Notes under the pieces: generated by a model | Database searches by the model: none | Seen by the model: only the letters and a program-made list of their open reading frames with translations | Told to the model about the DNA's origin: nothing | Assembly (NCBI GenBank): GCA_036172245.1 | Contig: JAYWIR010000030.1 | Span: forward strand, 496,001-560,000 | Origin: Raillietiella orientalis | Taxonomy: Eukaryota | Direction: 5' to 3' | DNA length: 64,000 nucleotides | Translations under genes and position numbers: made by a program | Part shown: positions 36,537 through 49,240 of the stretch, piece after piece | Layout of the letters: each line of letters begins with the position of its first letter | Numbering within the stretch: the first letter of the stretch is position 1

Positions 36537-39500
36537 ATGCTCCGGCAGCTGGCCGCCGTGTGCCTTCTCGTGGCGGGTAAGTCGCTCCCGCGCCCGAGCT
36601 AACGGAAGCGTGGGGAGGTTCCCGCTCCCCCCCCTCAATCCCTTCGCGCAGGGTGGGAGCGCGGCGGAAGGACGGGCGCTCCGGGGACGGCCTCGTCGTC
36701 CTCCTCCGCTCTTCCGGCCCCGCGCGCGCACCTCCCCTTTTTCGCCGCCGTGCGCTCTGGAGGCACGTGTATGAGAGGGAGAAGGGCGCCGCCCCATCCT
36801 GTTGGTGGTCAGCTGGGGCAACCCTCCGGACAGCAGCATCGCCGCTGCCAGGACACGCCTGGATAGCGGAGGCGGCGCCATGGAGGACCCGGCGATGAGA
36901 GGGAAGAGGGTGGGGGCAGGTTCTCCGTACCCCCCCTTCCCTCGCGCTCTCCCTGCCCTTCTCCCTCCCTTTCCCCAGAGGGCCTGTTAACCCAGAGCAG
37001 CTCTGGTCCGATCTGGCCGCGTGCTGCCTGCCTGTCCCCGCCGCCCGGTGGCGACTCTCGGCGATCACCTGCACCATCAGCCTGACGCGAGCGCGCGTGT
37101 CGTCTTCCAGTTGCAGCGCAGGAGCCCAGCCGCCACCGGCGCCAGAGCGAGCACGACCTGGGCGTCAGCAGCCTTAGCAGGGAAATCGAGGAGCTGTGCA
37201 GGGACCGTCCGGGAGACGAGTACTTCCGGCTGTCCACGCAGGGCGACTGCCGGGACGTCTACAGGTACGGCCACGGGGAGACTTCCTGCTCTCCGTCAGG
37301 GACGGCTCCACCCTCTCCCTTCCTCTTCGGGGTCTTCGGAACGCTTCCGGGAACCCGCAGGGAAGAAAGGAAGGAAGAAAGGGCGCGTGAGCGCGCACCC
37401 GCCGCGCTCCCGAGGGGTGCAACATCTCCACCCTTTCCACTCTCGCTCCGCTTCTCTTCATAGGTGCGACCGGGCGGGACGCACCGGGAAGATTCGGCTG
37501 GCGTCCATCCGCTGCCCTTCCAGCCTCGCCTTCGACGTGGACCGGCAGACTTGCAACTGGAGAAACCAAGTGCTGAACTGCAATCGCCTGGAGCGTGAGT
37601 CGGGTCGCCCCCAGCCCCCCCCCCCTTCCTCGAAACACGCGACCACGCCCTCCTGGATTTGGGCTCGGGGAGGAGGGGAATGGAGGGTTCATGGGAGAGG
37701 AGCAACCTTCTGGCGCCATCGACCCCCGGGATGGCCCGAGGGGGGGAGGAGAGGTTCCCAGCCTTCCCTCTCCCTCTTCCTCCTCCCTCCACCCGCTCCT
37801 GAGGAGGCGCTCGCTTTCCCCTCCCTTCTCCACTCCCACTGCGGGGCCCCGCGGCGTTGTGGTCTTCCTTGGCACGCCGCGCCCGTTTCTCTCCGCAGGG
37901 CCGAGGAAGGCGCTGCCCAAGCTGAGCACAGAGGAGCCCATCTGCCCCGAGGGCAAGCTCTCCTGCGGGGACGGCGAGTGCATCGACAGGTTGCTCTTCT
38001 GCGACCAGAAGCCTGACTGCAAGGACGGCTCGGATGAGAACGCCTGCAGTACGTATGGCCAGCGGAGGATGCGGAGTTCCTCCTCGCTGCCCGGGGCAAC
38101 GGAGGCTTCCCAACCTCTCCCTCTTCGCCTTTCGCCGCCTTGCGATCCTACCACCGCTCGTTCCTCCACCCTATTTCCCGACACGTGTCCATCCGCCCTG
38201 TCCTCCTTGCTCTGCGAGGGGGTGTGCGCATGCTCCCTTTCCAGCCCTGGGAGGTCGCTCCCTTCCGCGCGCCCCGCACCGGCGCCACAGCGGAGGAAAC
38301 GCTCTTTCCGGAAGACCCCCCGGGGATCCCGCAAACATCTCCGAACCTGCCCTCCCTTTTCCTTCCCTTCTACGTGCTCGTCACCCAGCCGTCCTCTCGC
38401 CCTTCTCCTGGAGTCGGCGCATGCCAGCGCGACCCCACTGTTCCGTTTGCGGGGCACGCGCTCAAGGTGGTCGCGGGCCCCCGTTACCATCGTGGAGAGA
38501 TGGCTCCCTCAAGAATGGTTCAAGGGAGACCTCCCGCGTCTCGAAGGCCCGGTGTAGAGCGCACTGGACGAAAGAGGGGGGAGGAGGAGGATAGATCAGA
38601 GAGATGCGTGCAGAGGGACCGTCGACAAGAACCAGGAGACGGGCCCCCGTGCCTGCCCTTCGTTTTCCTGATTTTTGGTCCAGATTTCATCTCCATCCCT
38701 CCCATTGTTTCCCTGAGCTCAATCGGCCGTTGGGATACGCAAGCAACCTCCTCTGACTCTCCCCTTTCCTCCATCCTCGGAAGTCAGAAGCTCTGCCCTC
38801 GAGTCCTTGCGTCTGTCGAGGGTGCTGCGTTCCCGCGGGCGTGTCGTCTCGCTCGTCCTCGATCCGGGAGAAGGAGGAAATCCTTTCTAAAGGGGGAAAA
38901 GCGGCTGCTTCTTGACTTGGAGCCACGATCGCTCCCCAACCTCTCGGGCTCTGATGGAAATTCCCCCGTCCTTTTCATCCCTTCAGTTCTCTCAGTAGTT
39001 GCCGGCGGTCCCCCTTCCGTCGCTGTCATCAGATCGCCTCTCCCGAGACTTCCTCTGGCACGGAGGGGGCGTGGAAGGAAACGAGACCGCAGTGGCGGAA
39101 TGCGCTTCTCCCTTCTGAAGAAGGTTCTCGCGCGGGTGGGCCAGAGCCGAGCTCCTGCTTCCCCTTCCCGGTCGAGAATGGGTCAGGAACTGTTTGCAGG
39201 CTGGCACAGCGTCTCTTAGCAGCCGATGTGGACCCTCAGGTGCAACCCCTGACTCTACAGTTTTGCACTCCACATGCTCTGAAGCCTCCTCCACCTCATC
39301 TTATTGCTCCTCTTTTCCTCTTCCTCCTCCTCCTCTTGGAATCCTTTAACTGGGAGGCTGCTGACGCGACCGAAGAAGACTCTTTAAAGTTGTGCGTGGG
39401 TGTTCTTGGGGAGGACCCGGTCCTCCTTCGCGGGGAGGTTCCGCGAAGAGAAGATCACGCGGGCGAAATAAGGGAAAAGTGGGGGGAGCGCTCCCTCTCG

Positions 39501-41203
39501 CCTAACCACTGCACTCCTTCTCTGCTTCTACAGACGTCGAGCAGGACCCCAACGCCGCTCCCCGCTGCGATCCCAGCCAGTGTCAGATTCCTGACTGCTT
39601 CTGCTCCGCCGACGGGACGCGGATACCGGGAGACCTGGATCCGACGCAGGTGAGCGAGCCCTCTCGAGGGAGGCCACATGGCAGGGCAAGGAAAAGGGGA
39701 GCGGGAAACAGGGCCGAAAGGGGGAAGAAGGGAGGAACTGCTGCTCCTCCCGTTCCCTCCCCAGGTGCCGCAGATGATCACCATCACTTTCAACGGCGCC
39801 GTCAACGTGGACAACATCGGGCTGTACGAGGAGATCTTCAGCGGGGAATACCTGAATCCCAACGGCTGCCAGATCAAGGGCACCTTCTTCGTGTCCCACA
39901 AGTACTCCAACTACTCCGCCATCCAGGAGCTACACCGCAGGGGTCACGAGATCGCCGTCTTCTCCATCACGAGCAACCCAGACGAGACATACTGGACGCG
40001 GGCCGGTTACGACGACTGGCTGGCCGAGATGGCGGGCGCACGGGTCATCATCGAGCGCTTTGCCAACATCACCGACAACAGTATCTTCGGCGTGCGCGCG
40101 CCGTTCCTCAGGGTGGGAGGCAACGTCCAGTTTGAGATGATGGCCGAGCAGGTGTTCGATTACGACGCCAGTATCACCGCGTCCCTGGACCGCGTCCCCA
40201 TCTGGCCGTACACGCTCTACTTCAGGGTGAGGACGACGGCAGTGAGGGTGCCGAACCTGCGCTGCGCCCCTCTCCCGGCGAGCGACGACCCCATTCCATC
40301 CCCTCTTCACCGTCTCCTTTTTCTCAGATGCCGCACAAGTGCAACGGGAACGCCCAAAACTGCCCCAGCCGCCGCTACCCCATCTGGGAGATGGTCATCA
40401 ACGAGCTAGACAGGAGGGACGACCCCACCTTCGACGAGCGGCTGCCGGGGTGCCACCTGGTGTCCTCTTGCACCAACATACAGACCGGCGAGCAGTTCGG
40501 ACGGATGCTGCGGTACAACTTCCAGCGTCACTACAGGTGCGTGCGGGCGCACAGAGGGTGACTGTTTTCCTTGCGCCCCAAAGCACGAACCGCGCCCCTC
40601 TAGGGCTGCACTTTGACGCCGCCTGGCTGCTCAGCAAGAGGGAGTTCAAGAAGGAACTCATTAGGTTCATCAAGGAAATGCTGGAGAGGAACGACGTCTA
40701 TTTCCTGAACATGTACCAGGTACGTCCCCAGAGGCTCCCGGGACGCTTGGGGGAAAGGAGATGAGGGCGGGAGAGGTGGGACGGGAAAGGGGTCCGATGA
40801 GCAGGGCTCGCGTGATGGGAGGAGAGTGCGCGTTCCTCGCGGTGGCTGCTGCCGCTCCGCCAGGGACGCGCCGCTCCCGTTACGGTCCGGGAGGAATGCG
40901 ACGCGCAACTCCTATGGGGAGGGGGAATGGGAGGCTCAGAAACAGACCTCAGAGCCTTCCCTTGCCTCTTCACAGGTCATCAACTGGATGAAGTACCCCA
41001 CGGAGATCAACCAGCTGCGGGACTTCCAGTACTGGAAGGAGATGTGCGACGTCAAGGGCATCCCCTACTGCTCCCTCCCAAACGCCTGCCCCGTCACCAA
41101 CCGCGAGATTCCCGGGGAGACCCTGAGGCTGTACACCTGCGTCGACTGCCCGGTCAACTACCCGTGGGTGAACGACCCCACGGGAGACGGGATCGCCTAC
41201 TAA
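36537..41203 (+). CDS. CDA2: Chitin deacetylase 2 (vermiform/group I CDA): signal peptide, chitin-binding domain, LDLa, degenerate CE4 domain; 541 aa, 9 exons
   Basis: Exons 36537-36576, 37111-37264, 37464-37594, 37899-38048, 39534-39649, 39765-40226, 40328-40536, 40584-40719, 40976-41203. All introns GT-AG, phases consistent, 1626 nt in total. Verm-diagnostic segments: EYFRLSTQGDCRDVYR, EEPICPEGKLSCGDGEC, ITFNGAVNVDNI, YDDWLAEMAG, MPHKCNGNA, CDVKGIPYCSLPNAC. Confidence 0.96.
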
Positions 41204-44200
41204 TAAAGGAGGAGGAGAAATCGTCCTGGAGGAAGCTTCCAGCTGGTCCACAGCGCTCCGTGGCGAAGGGAAAGGGATCGGAGGGATGAAGGGGAAGAGC
41301 ACTCCCGAACGCATCCGTCTTCTGGATCGTTCCGCTCAGAGGGAGAGGAGGAGGAAGATTCATCCCGGCATGAGAGAGAGAAAATAAGGGCCTATTCCCC
41401 GAGAAGAGGACGATTTTCCTGCTTTGAGGAAGGACTCTTCAGGGGTGCTTCCAGGTCTACCTGGAAGGGAGGGAGGGATGAAGAAGATATGCTTCCATAG
41501 GAGGTGGGAATTCTCCAGACGGAGGAGAGTCCCCGTGGCCCGCATTCGGGAGCGGGAGATGACCCACGAAGCGACCTTCTGGGCTGGGACCTCGATCCCA
41601 CTGTCTTCTCCCGAGAATGGGCTGAAGCGGCGGAAGACCCACAGGTTCCTCTTCCTCCTGGTGCCAGCATGTGCGTGATGTCACTCCAGCGCTGCGAGTA
41701 GGAGAGGGAAGGGAAAACTAGCCCGGGTAACTGGAAGTCACATAGAGGGACGGCCCCGAGTACCTCCAAAGACCTTCGGGGCAGAGTTGCCCCCAGCCTC
41801 CCGCGCCTTGATAGGTCAGGTGTCCCTCCGAGAGATCCACAAGGGTGGGGAGGGATCCAGAAACGCCTCCCTTAACTGCTGCAGCCCGTGGGAGTTGGCA
41901 GAGAGACGCATCCCGCGGAGAAGTTCCCCTCGCGGTGATGCTCTAGGGGCAGCCTGACGGACCTTTGCTCCTCACTGCATGATGGAGATAGTCTGTTGGA
42001 TCGTCACGATGAGCCGCTGGCGGGGAGAGGACGGCCTTGAGCGCTGGGCGAGGCAAAGTGGAAGAGGCTGCGCGCAGGGGTGGTCCAGAGGCAGGCGCCC
42101 GCCTTCAGAAACAACGGAGGCTGCGGAGACTAGGTGAGACCGGGATCGACGATGAGGACCCGATGAGGCGATCACGGACGGAGGCACCAGAAGAGTGTGG
42201 GGTTGCCGAGCGAAGACGGACCGTCACGCCGCCTGGCGTGACGGGGAAGCACAAAGGAGTCCCGCAAAGGGAGGAGGGCCTTCGGGATGGCTTTGTTGGG
42301 CTTAGGGTGAACTTGCGTCTGGGCAACACCCACAGCTACGCACCCACCATCCGGGAAGAGAGAACGCGGTCTTTGAAGCCCTTATTGACGCCGAAGCTGA
42401 CGGGAGTCGGCTGAGTGCTGTTGCCGAACGCAAGGAGGCAGGTTCGAATTCCGGGTTCTCCACTCCAGCCCTGAATCCGTTCGGAAAAGCAACCCATCTC
42501 CACATAAATCTCCTCCCCCATCCTCTCTTGAACGCAAGTTGTGAACCAGCCTTCCGGAGCCCAACGAAACCGTCCCAAACGATAAGCTCCTCCCATCTTT
42601 GAGAGGCTCCTTCGTGGAGTACGCCTCCGGCAGCAACGGCCGCTGCCACGAACCCCGCTCGTGCGAGTCCTCACGCTGCCTCTTCCGGAAGATCACGATC
42701 CCATTCCAATCTCTGACCTTTCACTTCTGATCCTTTCTTTCTTGTACTAGAGGCTTCTTTGTCGATTCGATTCCGGAACCGAGACCTTCGATCTCGGTCC
42801 ATTCATTTGTCGCCATCTCGCCAATCTTCCAGGGAATCGGTCCAACCGAATCGACCTCCCTGTCCTCCACTCCGTCCTCCTTGTCCTATCATCGCTCCTC
42901 TCTCAGCATCATCTCTTCTTCCCGTCAACGGAAAAGCTCTGCCCCTTTCCCAACTACTCTGCAGAAATCATCAGAAGTCGAGCTGCGGGTCCGATGGTCC
43001 CTGGTATTCGATGAGGTCTCCTGGGAGCAGTGATGCTACGGACCATTGTCTGCACCATCAGCGAGCAGTTATCTGGCTCTGATCTCTCGATCCGAATGCT
43101 CGATCACGGATATCGTCGAGGTTCTTACGTCCGGATTGCGGATCCTCGAGTTCCTCAGAGGTACTTCCAGGGTTCCATTCGAAGCCGATGAGTAGTCGTC
43201 GGGCCTCGAGACCATCTGGACCACCATATTCCCCTTCAAAGCGTAAATTTTTCTCGAATAGTAATAATAGAAAATCCGTAGCATGACAGTGAATTGTATG
43301 TCTCTTGGTCAATAACAAATGCCCTGAAGCGACAGGCCGAGAACATTCTCACCTGTTGTAAACTCTGCTGCTTTCCTGAAAGGTGAGTCACAGCCCTTAG
43401 TAGAGGAAAGCCGCCTGACCTTCGGAATTTCGTATGCATCCAAGAGATGAGGACGCTACAGCACAATCACTCATCCTTCCTGTGATTCCCATAGTCCATG
43501 AGACAGGACAAGATCCACGCTTTCAGTTCCGAATGCCTGGCCTTGGTTTGCCTTAGAGAAGATATCTCTTTCTAAATTTGCTGTGGAGACTCTCGTCATA
43601 CATAGAAAGAACCCTGCGACTTCCAGTTCCTGCCGAATACCGGACTGTCCTTCCAGAAAGAATTCTGTGGCATGTCGAGCGTGGCAACCCTGTCTCATTC
43701 CCACCAACCTTCATCTAACGCTTCGTCCCTCGTGCAGGGTCCAAGCAAGCATTTTCCTTCGCCGCGAACTCCTCCGTGCACCCTGTGTACGCTTTATGTA
43801 CACCTCACCTCATCGTCCTCATCACTCAGCATTAATCGGCGGCAATAGAAGCACGAAGTGACTTAGAAAGGCCATTCGCTCTGCCCTGAATTTTTGTGAC
43901 TTTGGTCACGTGGAATAGTTCCAATCTCCTCTTTGGTTTTTAACGACCACGGGAGAGGAAATTGCACTTTTTGCAATGTGTCCTCTGGTCGGTCTTCGTC
44001 GTTTCCCGTTGGAAAATAATCATCAACCGGGAAAACTTCATTTCACTCCGTTAAAGCGCGTTTCCCAGCCACTGCGCATTCGAGCAACGAATCGTCCCAC
44101 GTGACCGCCGTCACAAACTACCGGAGAGATGAAACTGTCGGAGAGCGCAGCAGAATCAAAGGTTGATCTTCCTGCATTCACAGCTTTTTCCGCGGATATT

Positions 44201-45682
44201 CGTAGATAAACACCAACTTTGGACGGTGGGAGATCATTTCTGTCATTTGCTTCTAGGATTTATCCTCCAGACGAAGGATGAAAGAATAATGCGTACATAA
44301 ATCACCAAGGTACATACCACCTCCTCTTGGCTCAATCGAATCTTTAAATAAACTTTTGCTAGGGTTCAAGGATGAGGCGAAGCAGGAACGAAAGTCGACG
44401 CTGCTACATTTTCATACAAATCATTTCCAAAGGATGTATGTCGTCGTGGTGTTGCAGGTCACATTCCTCACTGCGACCACTAAGAGTCACTATTTCGTTA
44501 GATGATTTGCTGAATGGCTCTGCAGATCGTCGCAGCGGTGGTCAGTCAACCCAACGAGCAGCAGTTTTTAGAGCTACCACCCAACTTGTTTGTTTCAAGA
44601 CGCAATTGCACTTCTGTTACGTATTGCAGCTTCCCAAATGAGGATCTCTCTCATACCGAGTAAATCCTGACCAATGTTGTAATTATCAGAAACGGTGATG
44701 TCACCCTCTGACCCATAAAATCAGAGATGCACAGTCTCATTTCTCTTTCGAGCGACCTTCTTTTCATTTCGGATGCCAAGTTCTGAAACCGAATGATGTC
44801 TGCTCTCATGTCATCGTGGGGTAAATGGCATGGGCCATCTTTATTGGTATATCATTTCATGCAGTGAAGTCTGTGCAATAATTGCGTACAGACCGAGCTA
44901 GAGATGATGATGTCCTTGCCCTGCTACAGATCTTTCCTCTTCCAGACTAGGGATCCGGGGAAACGCTTGGTTCTCAGCTTCTCAATTCCAGGAGCACGCC
45001 ACCACTTTCTCTTTTCTTGTCCGAGTCTTTCTGTGATCATCATCGACCTATGATCCACTGAGTTCGTAACATCCCCTGCTTCCCATTCAATGGTTTCGAT
45101 GATCTCCATGTCTATGCGCGCGTATGAATTCTTTCTGGAGCCCATGCACACAGTTTCATATTTGATGAGCTCAAGGACAAGACTCGCAAGATGGTGCTGA
45201 AGAGAATCTTCGCCTGAGCTTGCTGTTAGATCACTTTCTCCGTCCCAGACACGAATGTGCTTCGAACGAAGAGCAGTGTAGACCGTGAAGAGCCTCTACG
45301 TCCCCAGACTTCTAGTTGGAATCACAGGAGCTTGCAATCAGAACAGATCTGACTGCTGTGATCTTGGAGAGAAGGAGAGGTCCCACCCGATTCGCTGTGC
45401 ACTGCTCTCTACTCAACATCGCTATTTTTGATCAAGAATGCGGCTTCTCGGATGAGCAGACCAACCCTGACCACCCCGGTTCTAATATTATCCCGCACCA
45501 ATCACGCGAGGCTCTCGGAGACTAATTCTTTATAACCTTGAGCAATAATGAGCATGGGCTACAGCACTGGACAACATCGGGTGTATTCCGAGGACCGAAA
45601 AGCTCGACGTGGTAGTCTCCGATTTTCATGCTTCCCGGCGACTCCAGATTCTCAAGGACTGAAAGGTACACTCCTCAAGAAA

Positions 45683-45782
<100 letters not shown>

Positions 45783-47049
45783 CGATTGCATGGAAGTGAA
45801 TCAGCTGATCGTGTTGGAGCTGCCAAGGTATTCTATTTCGGCAATCTTCCTTGACAACAACTTTTGCCGCAGAAGTTGGTCTGCTTGGAAAGACACATGG
45901 GTAAGAGCGCTTGACCATCGGTAATTCGAAAGAAACGAAGCCGCAGCGATTGTATGGATCACAGCAAACCAATCTTTCTACAGGATGCTGCAGCAGTTGC
46001 TGCCGTCTACGATAAGCCCCAACTTTTCTTTCAAAGGCTTAGGACTCTCTCACTTCGATTCGGCGTTATCAAGCTTTCGAAAACAGTAAGATCAGTCTGA
46101 AACAAACTTCCGGAACTCCCGTTTCCAAGGAAAAAGAAAACAAAAACAACAACAGCAGCATGTCGTCATGATTCAAATTGAAACAGACTCCCTTGGACTC
46201 AAAATATAAATCCCACAGATTCTTCTTCTTTTCAGATTTAAATGGTCCGGCGAGTCAGATAGTTTGACAAAGGCACTCACTCAGTTATGGATCACAGCTT
46301 CTCGCCCTCTTGTGGCCAATTCATCCTTCTCGTCTTGTTTCTCCTCATTAAATCAACAGCCATGGTTCGATGTTATTCCCCCACCTCCCCATGAGCGCAC
46401 ACGACCTTGCTGACGTTTCTTGTCCCTTCTTACCAAATTCCACCATTCCTTCCGCGGAGACGTGGGAGAGGTCGCTGCATCTCATACGGCATCACTACAG
46501 ACCACTTTCTGCTAACTCCATCACCCGTTTCGATCCCACTTCATCTCCTCAAAATGAACCAGATGAATCCTCCGCATCGATTCGACGTCCTGTTTCTTAG
46601 CGACCCATTTTCCCCACATACTCCGGCCACTCCTCTTGGAGGGATCCGCAGCTCGAATCGTGCCTACTGGTGTGTGAGCAGGCGAGAGTCCGTTGCGCCG
46701 TGGAGGAGCGCCGCAGCGGCTCACTTGGGGTGTCTTCTCTGAGGGGTGAGGCAGGAAGGCAGTGAATGGGAAGCCGCGCTCTCCGCGTTCTCGATTGCGA
46801 GGGGGGTGAAGATTAAATGGTCCCGTCTGCAACAGAGAGCGAGCGAGGAGCAGTCTGCATCGCACGCAGGCTACGCTAAACGTGACGAGATTAAACAGTT
46901 GGGATACCATTCCACCATTCACTTGTTCATTTCTTTCCAATTATTGTCCGCTCCCCTCAAAGACCCCAGTTCTCCATCTGGGCCACCTGCGAATCAGTTA
47001 TTCCGTCCTCCTCCACTACCTTTCTGGAAATCCTGACGTCACGTAAGCA

Positions 47050-47400
47050 CAGGTCTCCTGCCTTGTTGCCTGATGAAGGGTTCCCCGGAGTGACCGGGTG
47101 CAAACGTCTTCCGTCGGAGCAATTCCATACCGAGCCACTTGGTACCAAGTTGATGATGACCTCCACTGCCATTATTTTGCATGTGCCACTCCAATGACAC
47201 GAGATGCTAGAACAGATGGTTTCTCACAGAGCAGATATTGCGTCACGAGTTCCTGGTGACACCAGATCGGCGCTACGGGTTCTAGAAGACAGCACCTTGG
47301 GTGCTGTAGGCTTTCCTGGGTCCTCTCAGATGTTCTCCGACAGAGTGAACGGTTCAGCAAGTCTGATGGACCGAGGAGTTTTCCCTTTTCCACAGAGTCT
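47050..47400 (-). mobile_element. Probable non-LTR ORF1 remnant
   Basis: WSGTCKIMAVEVIINLVPSGSVWNCSDGRRLHPVTPGNP resembles the TG.R....IPS....G....V..PGQP segment that precedes the knuckle in L1/Tx1 ORF1. Confidence 0.3.
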
Positions 47401-48439
47401 CGTTGACACCACCGCCGGCGAAGGAGCAGGCTGAGATAAGGGTCGGCTCACGGAGCTGGAGAGGAAACCCGGGACCACATGGGTGACCCCGTTATCCCTG
47501 GGAATGGTCCCGAGAGAGTTCCGAATGGCTCGTTTGCGGCCTCAGAATTTCCAGACAAAAGAAGAAGGAGAACGGAAGCTGTGGGAAAATTTGGCACTGT
47601 GAAAGCGTTCTCCAGTGTGGTCATCTTATCGGAAGGATGGGGTCGTTCTCTTTGGAAGCACAATCTTAAGATCCTCCTCCTCTTTGCTCCAGGGACCTCG
47701 AGGTCCAACTTTCATCTCTCCTCCCATCCTTCCCTCCAAAGGAAGGCGAGATCAGCTTAGAAATACGAAGGTTGAGTTTCCCGGCACGGTGACCATTCTG
47801 CAAGAAACATCAGGGGTTCCGATGTCTCGCTGGAGATCGCACCCTGATCTCCTCCGCCGTTGGTGCAGCAATCCGCGCAAGATGCCTCAAGAGGGACCGC
47901 CCTTCGTCTGTGAAAAGAACGAGCCCCTTTGCCCGCCCCTTTCCCCCCAAGAGACTCGCGGATCGGCTTCTGAGGGAGAGAAGCCTGGAGGTTTGAGCGA
48001 GCGGCGTCCTTGGGCCGCGGTTCCTCGTTCAAGGCCTAAGGCAGTGACTTCCACTTGGGCAGAACGCGCGATGCCGTGCCTTTGTCCCATTCGGCTTCCC
48101 TTTCCAGGGTGCCCGGGGACTCATCAGACTGGCCTGATGGCGGAAGGGGAAGGGGAATTCCCAGAGGGAAAATTTCGCGGCACAGGCTCTCGGGAATGGG
48201 ACGTTCCAGAGACCACGAGTCTGGTCTTCCTCATCCTTGCATCTCTCTCCTTCCCTGCCTCCTTTGCCTCCCAGACTCTCTTCGGGACCGGTCTCTTGGA
48301 GAGAAAGAGATCATGCCTCTCCGGAAGAGAAGCAGGATGCTGCTCGTGCCCCTGGAAACGAAAACCGCCGGTCCGTAGGGCTGCTAAGAGAGAGAGAGAG
48401 AGAGAGGTGGGGGATGGGATTTCCGCTCCAGGATGAGGT

Positions 48440-49240
48440 TTGAACCCGGTCTCGCCGGAATGTTTATTTAGGGAAACAAACCACAAACTTGGAAGGATAT
48501 GTATCTCCCCAAGACACAAGAAACGCCCATACAAAAAGTTAAACCGGGAAAACCATCTGCACGCAGGCCGGCTTCAAAAAAAGAAGAGAACGAAGGGAAA
48601 GGACACAAATAGACAAAAAAAAAAACAAAGGAGGGTGGGGACAGGGATCTTTGGTACTGAACGTTCCTCTTCTTTCTAGAAGCGTCGCTTGAGGATGGCG
48701 ACTTCCCTGGGGACTTTTCTGGGCAGATGGGACCCACTTGCAGCTGCCTTCATAAGGTTGGCAGCTATCCTGCTGCCAACTCCCTTCGAGCTTACGGCAG
48801 GCCATCACGATGGCGCGGATGCAACAGATTGTTGCGATCACAGCGCCCTTCTTCAGTCCGCCTTCGCTGAAGAAGCATTGCAGCAGGTCGATGGCAGTGT
48901 CCTGGAGACGATGAAGTGCCGAAGAAAGACTCCACCATAACACCTGGAGGTCAGTGCATTCCACAAGAAGGTGCGGAAGCGATTCCTTCGCCCCGCACCT
49001 GAGACAGTTCGGGGAGGCGACTCCCCTGGAAACCAGGTGTCTGAGCTGATTGCACTGGAAGCCCCAGTGCAGGACTAGCAGAACATCCTGTTTCCAACGA
49101 AGCGGAAACACTGAGGTGTCCATGCAGAGAGAAGGGACCACGAGTTCTTCGGGGGATACACTAAGAAGTTCACTCCACCGAAGGAGTCCCTTTGCCCGGT
49201 GATGAGGAGTGGCAGCATCCACCAGCTCGCTCGTTTTGCA
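48440..49240 (-). mobile_element. L1/Tx1-like LINE 3' fragment (zf-RVT, C-terminus, 3' UTR)
   Basis: WKQDVLLVLHWGFQCNQLRHLVSRGVASPNCLRCGAKESLPHLLVECTDLQVLW...GAVIATICCIRAI. Same subfamily as 24380-25230. Tail has the CTGCGT loop, AATAAAC and terminal hairpin. Confidence 0.85.

Noticed and set aside
42402..42465. tRNA gene (GGTTCGAATTCC ... CTCCA)
   Set aside because: The stems do not pair into a cloverleaf. At most a decayed remnant.
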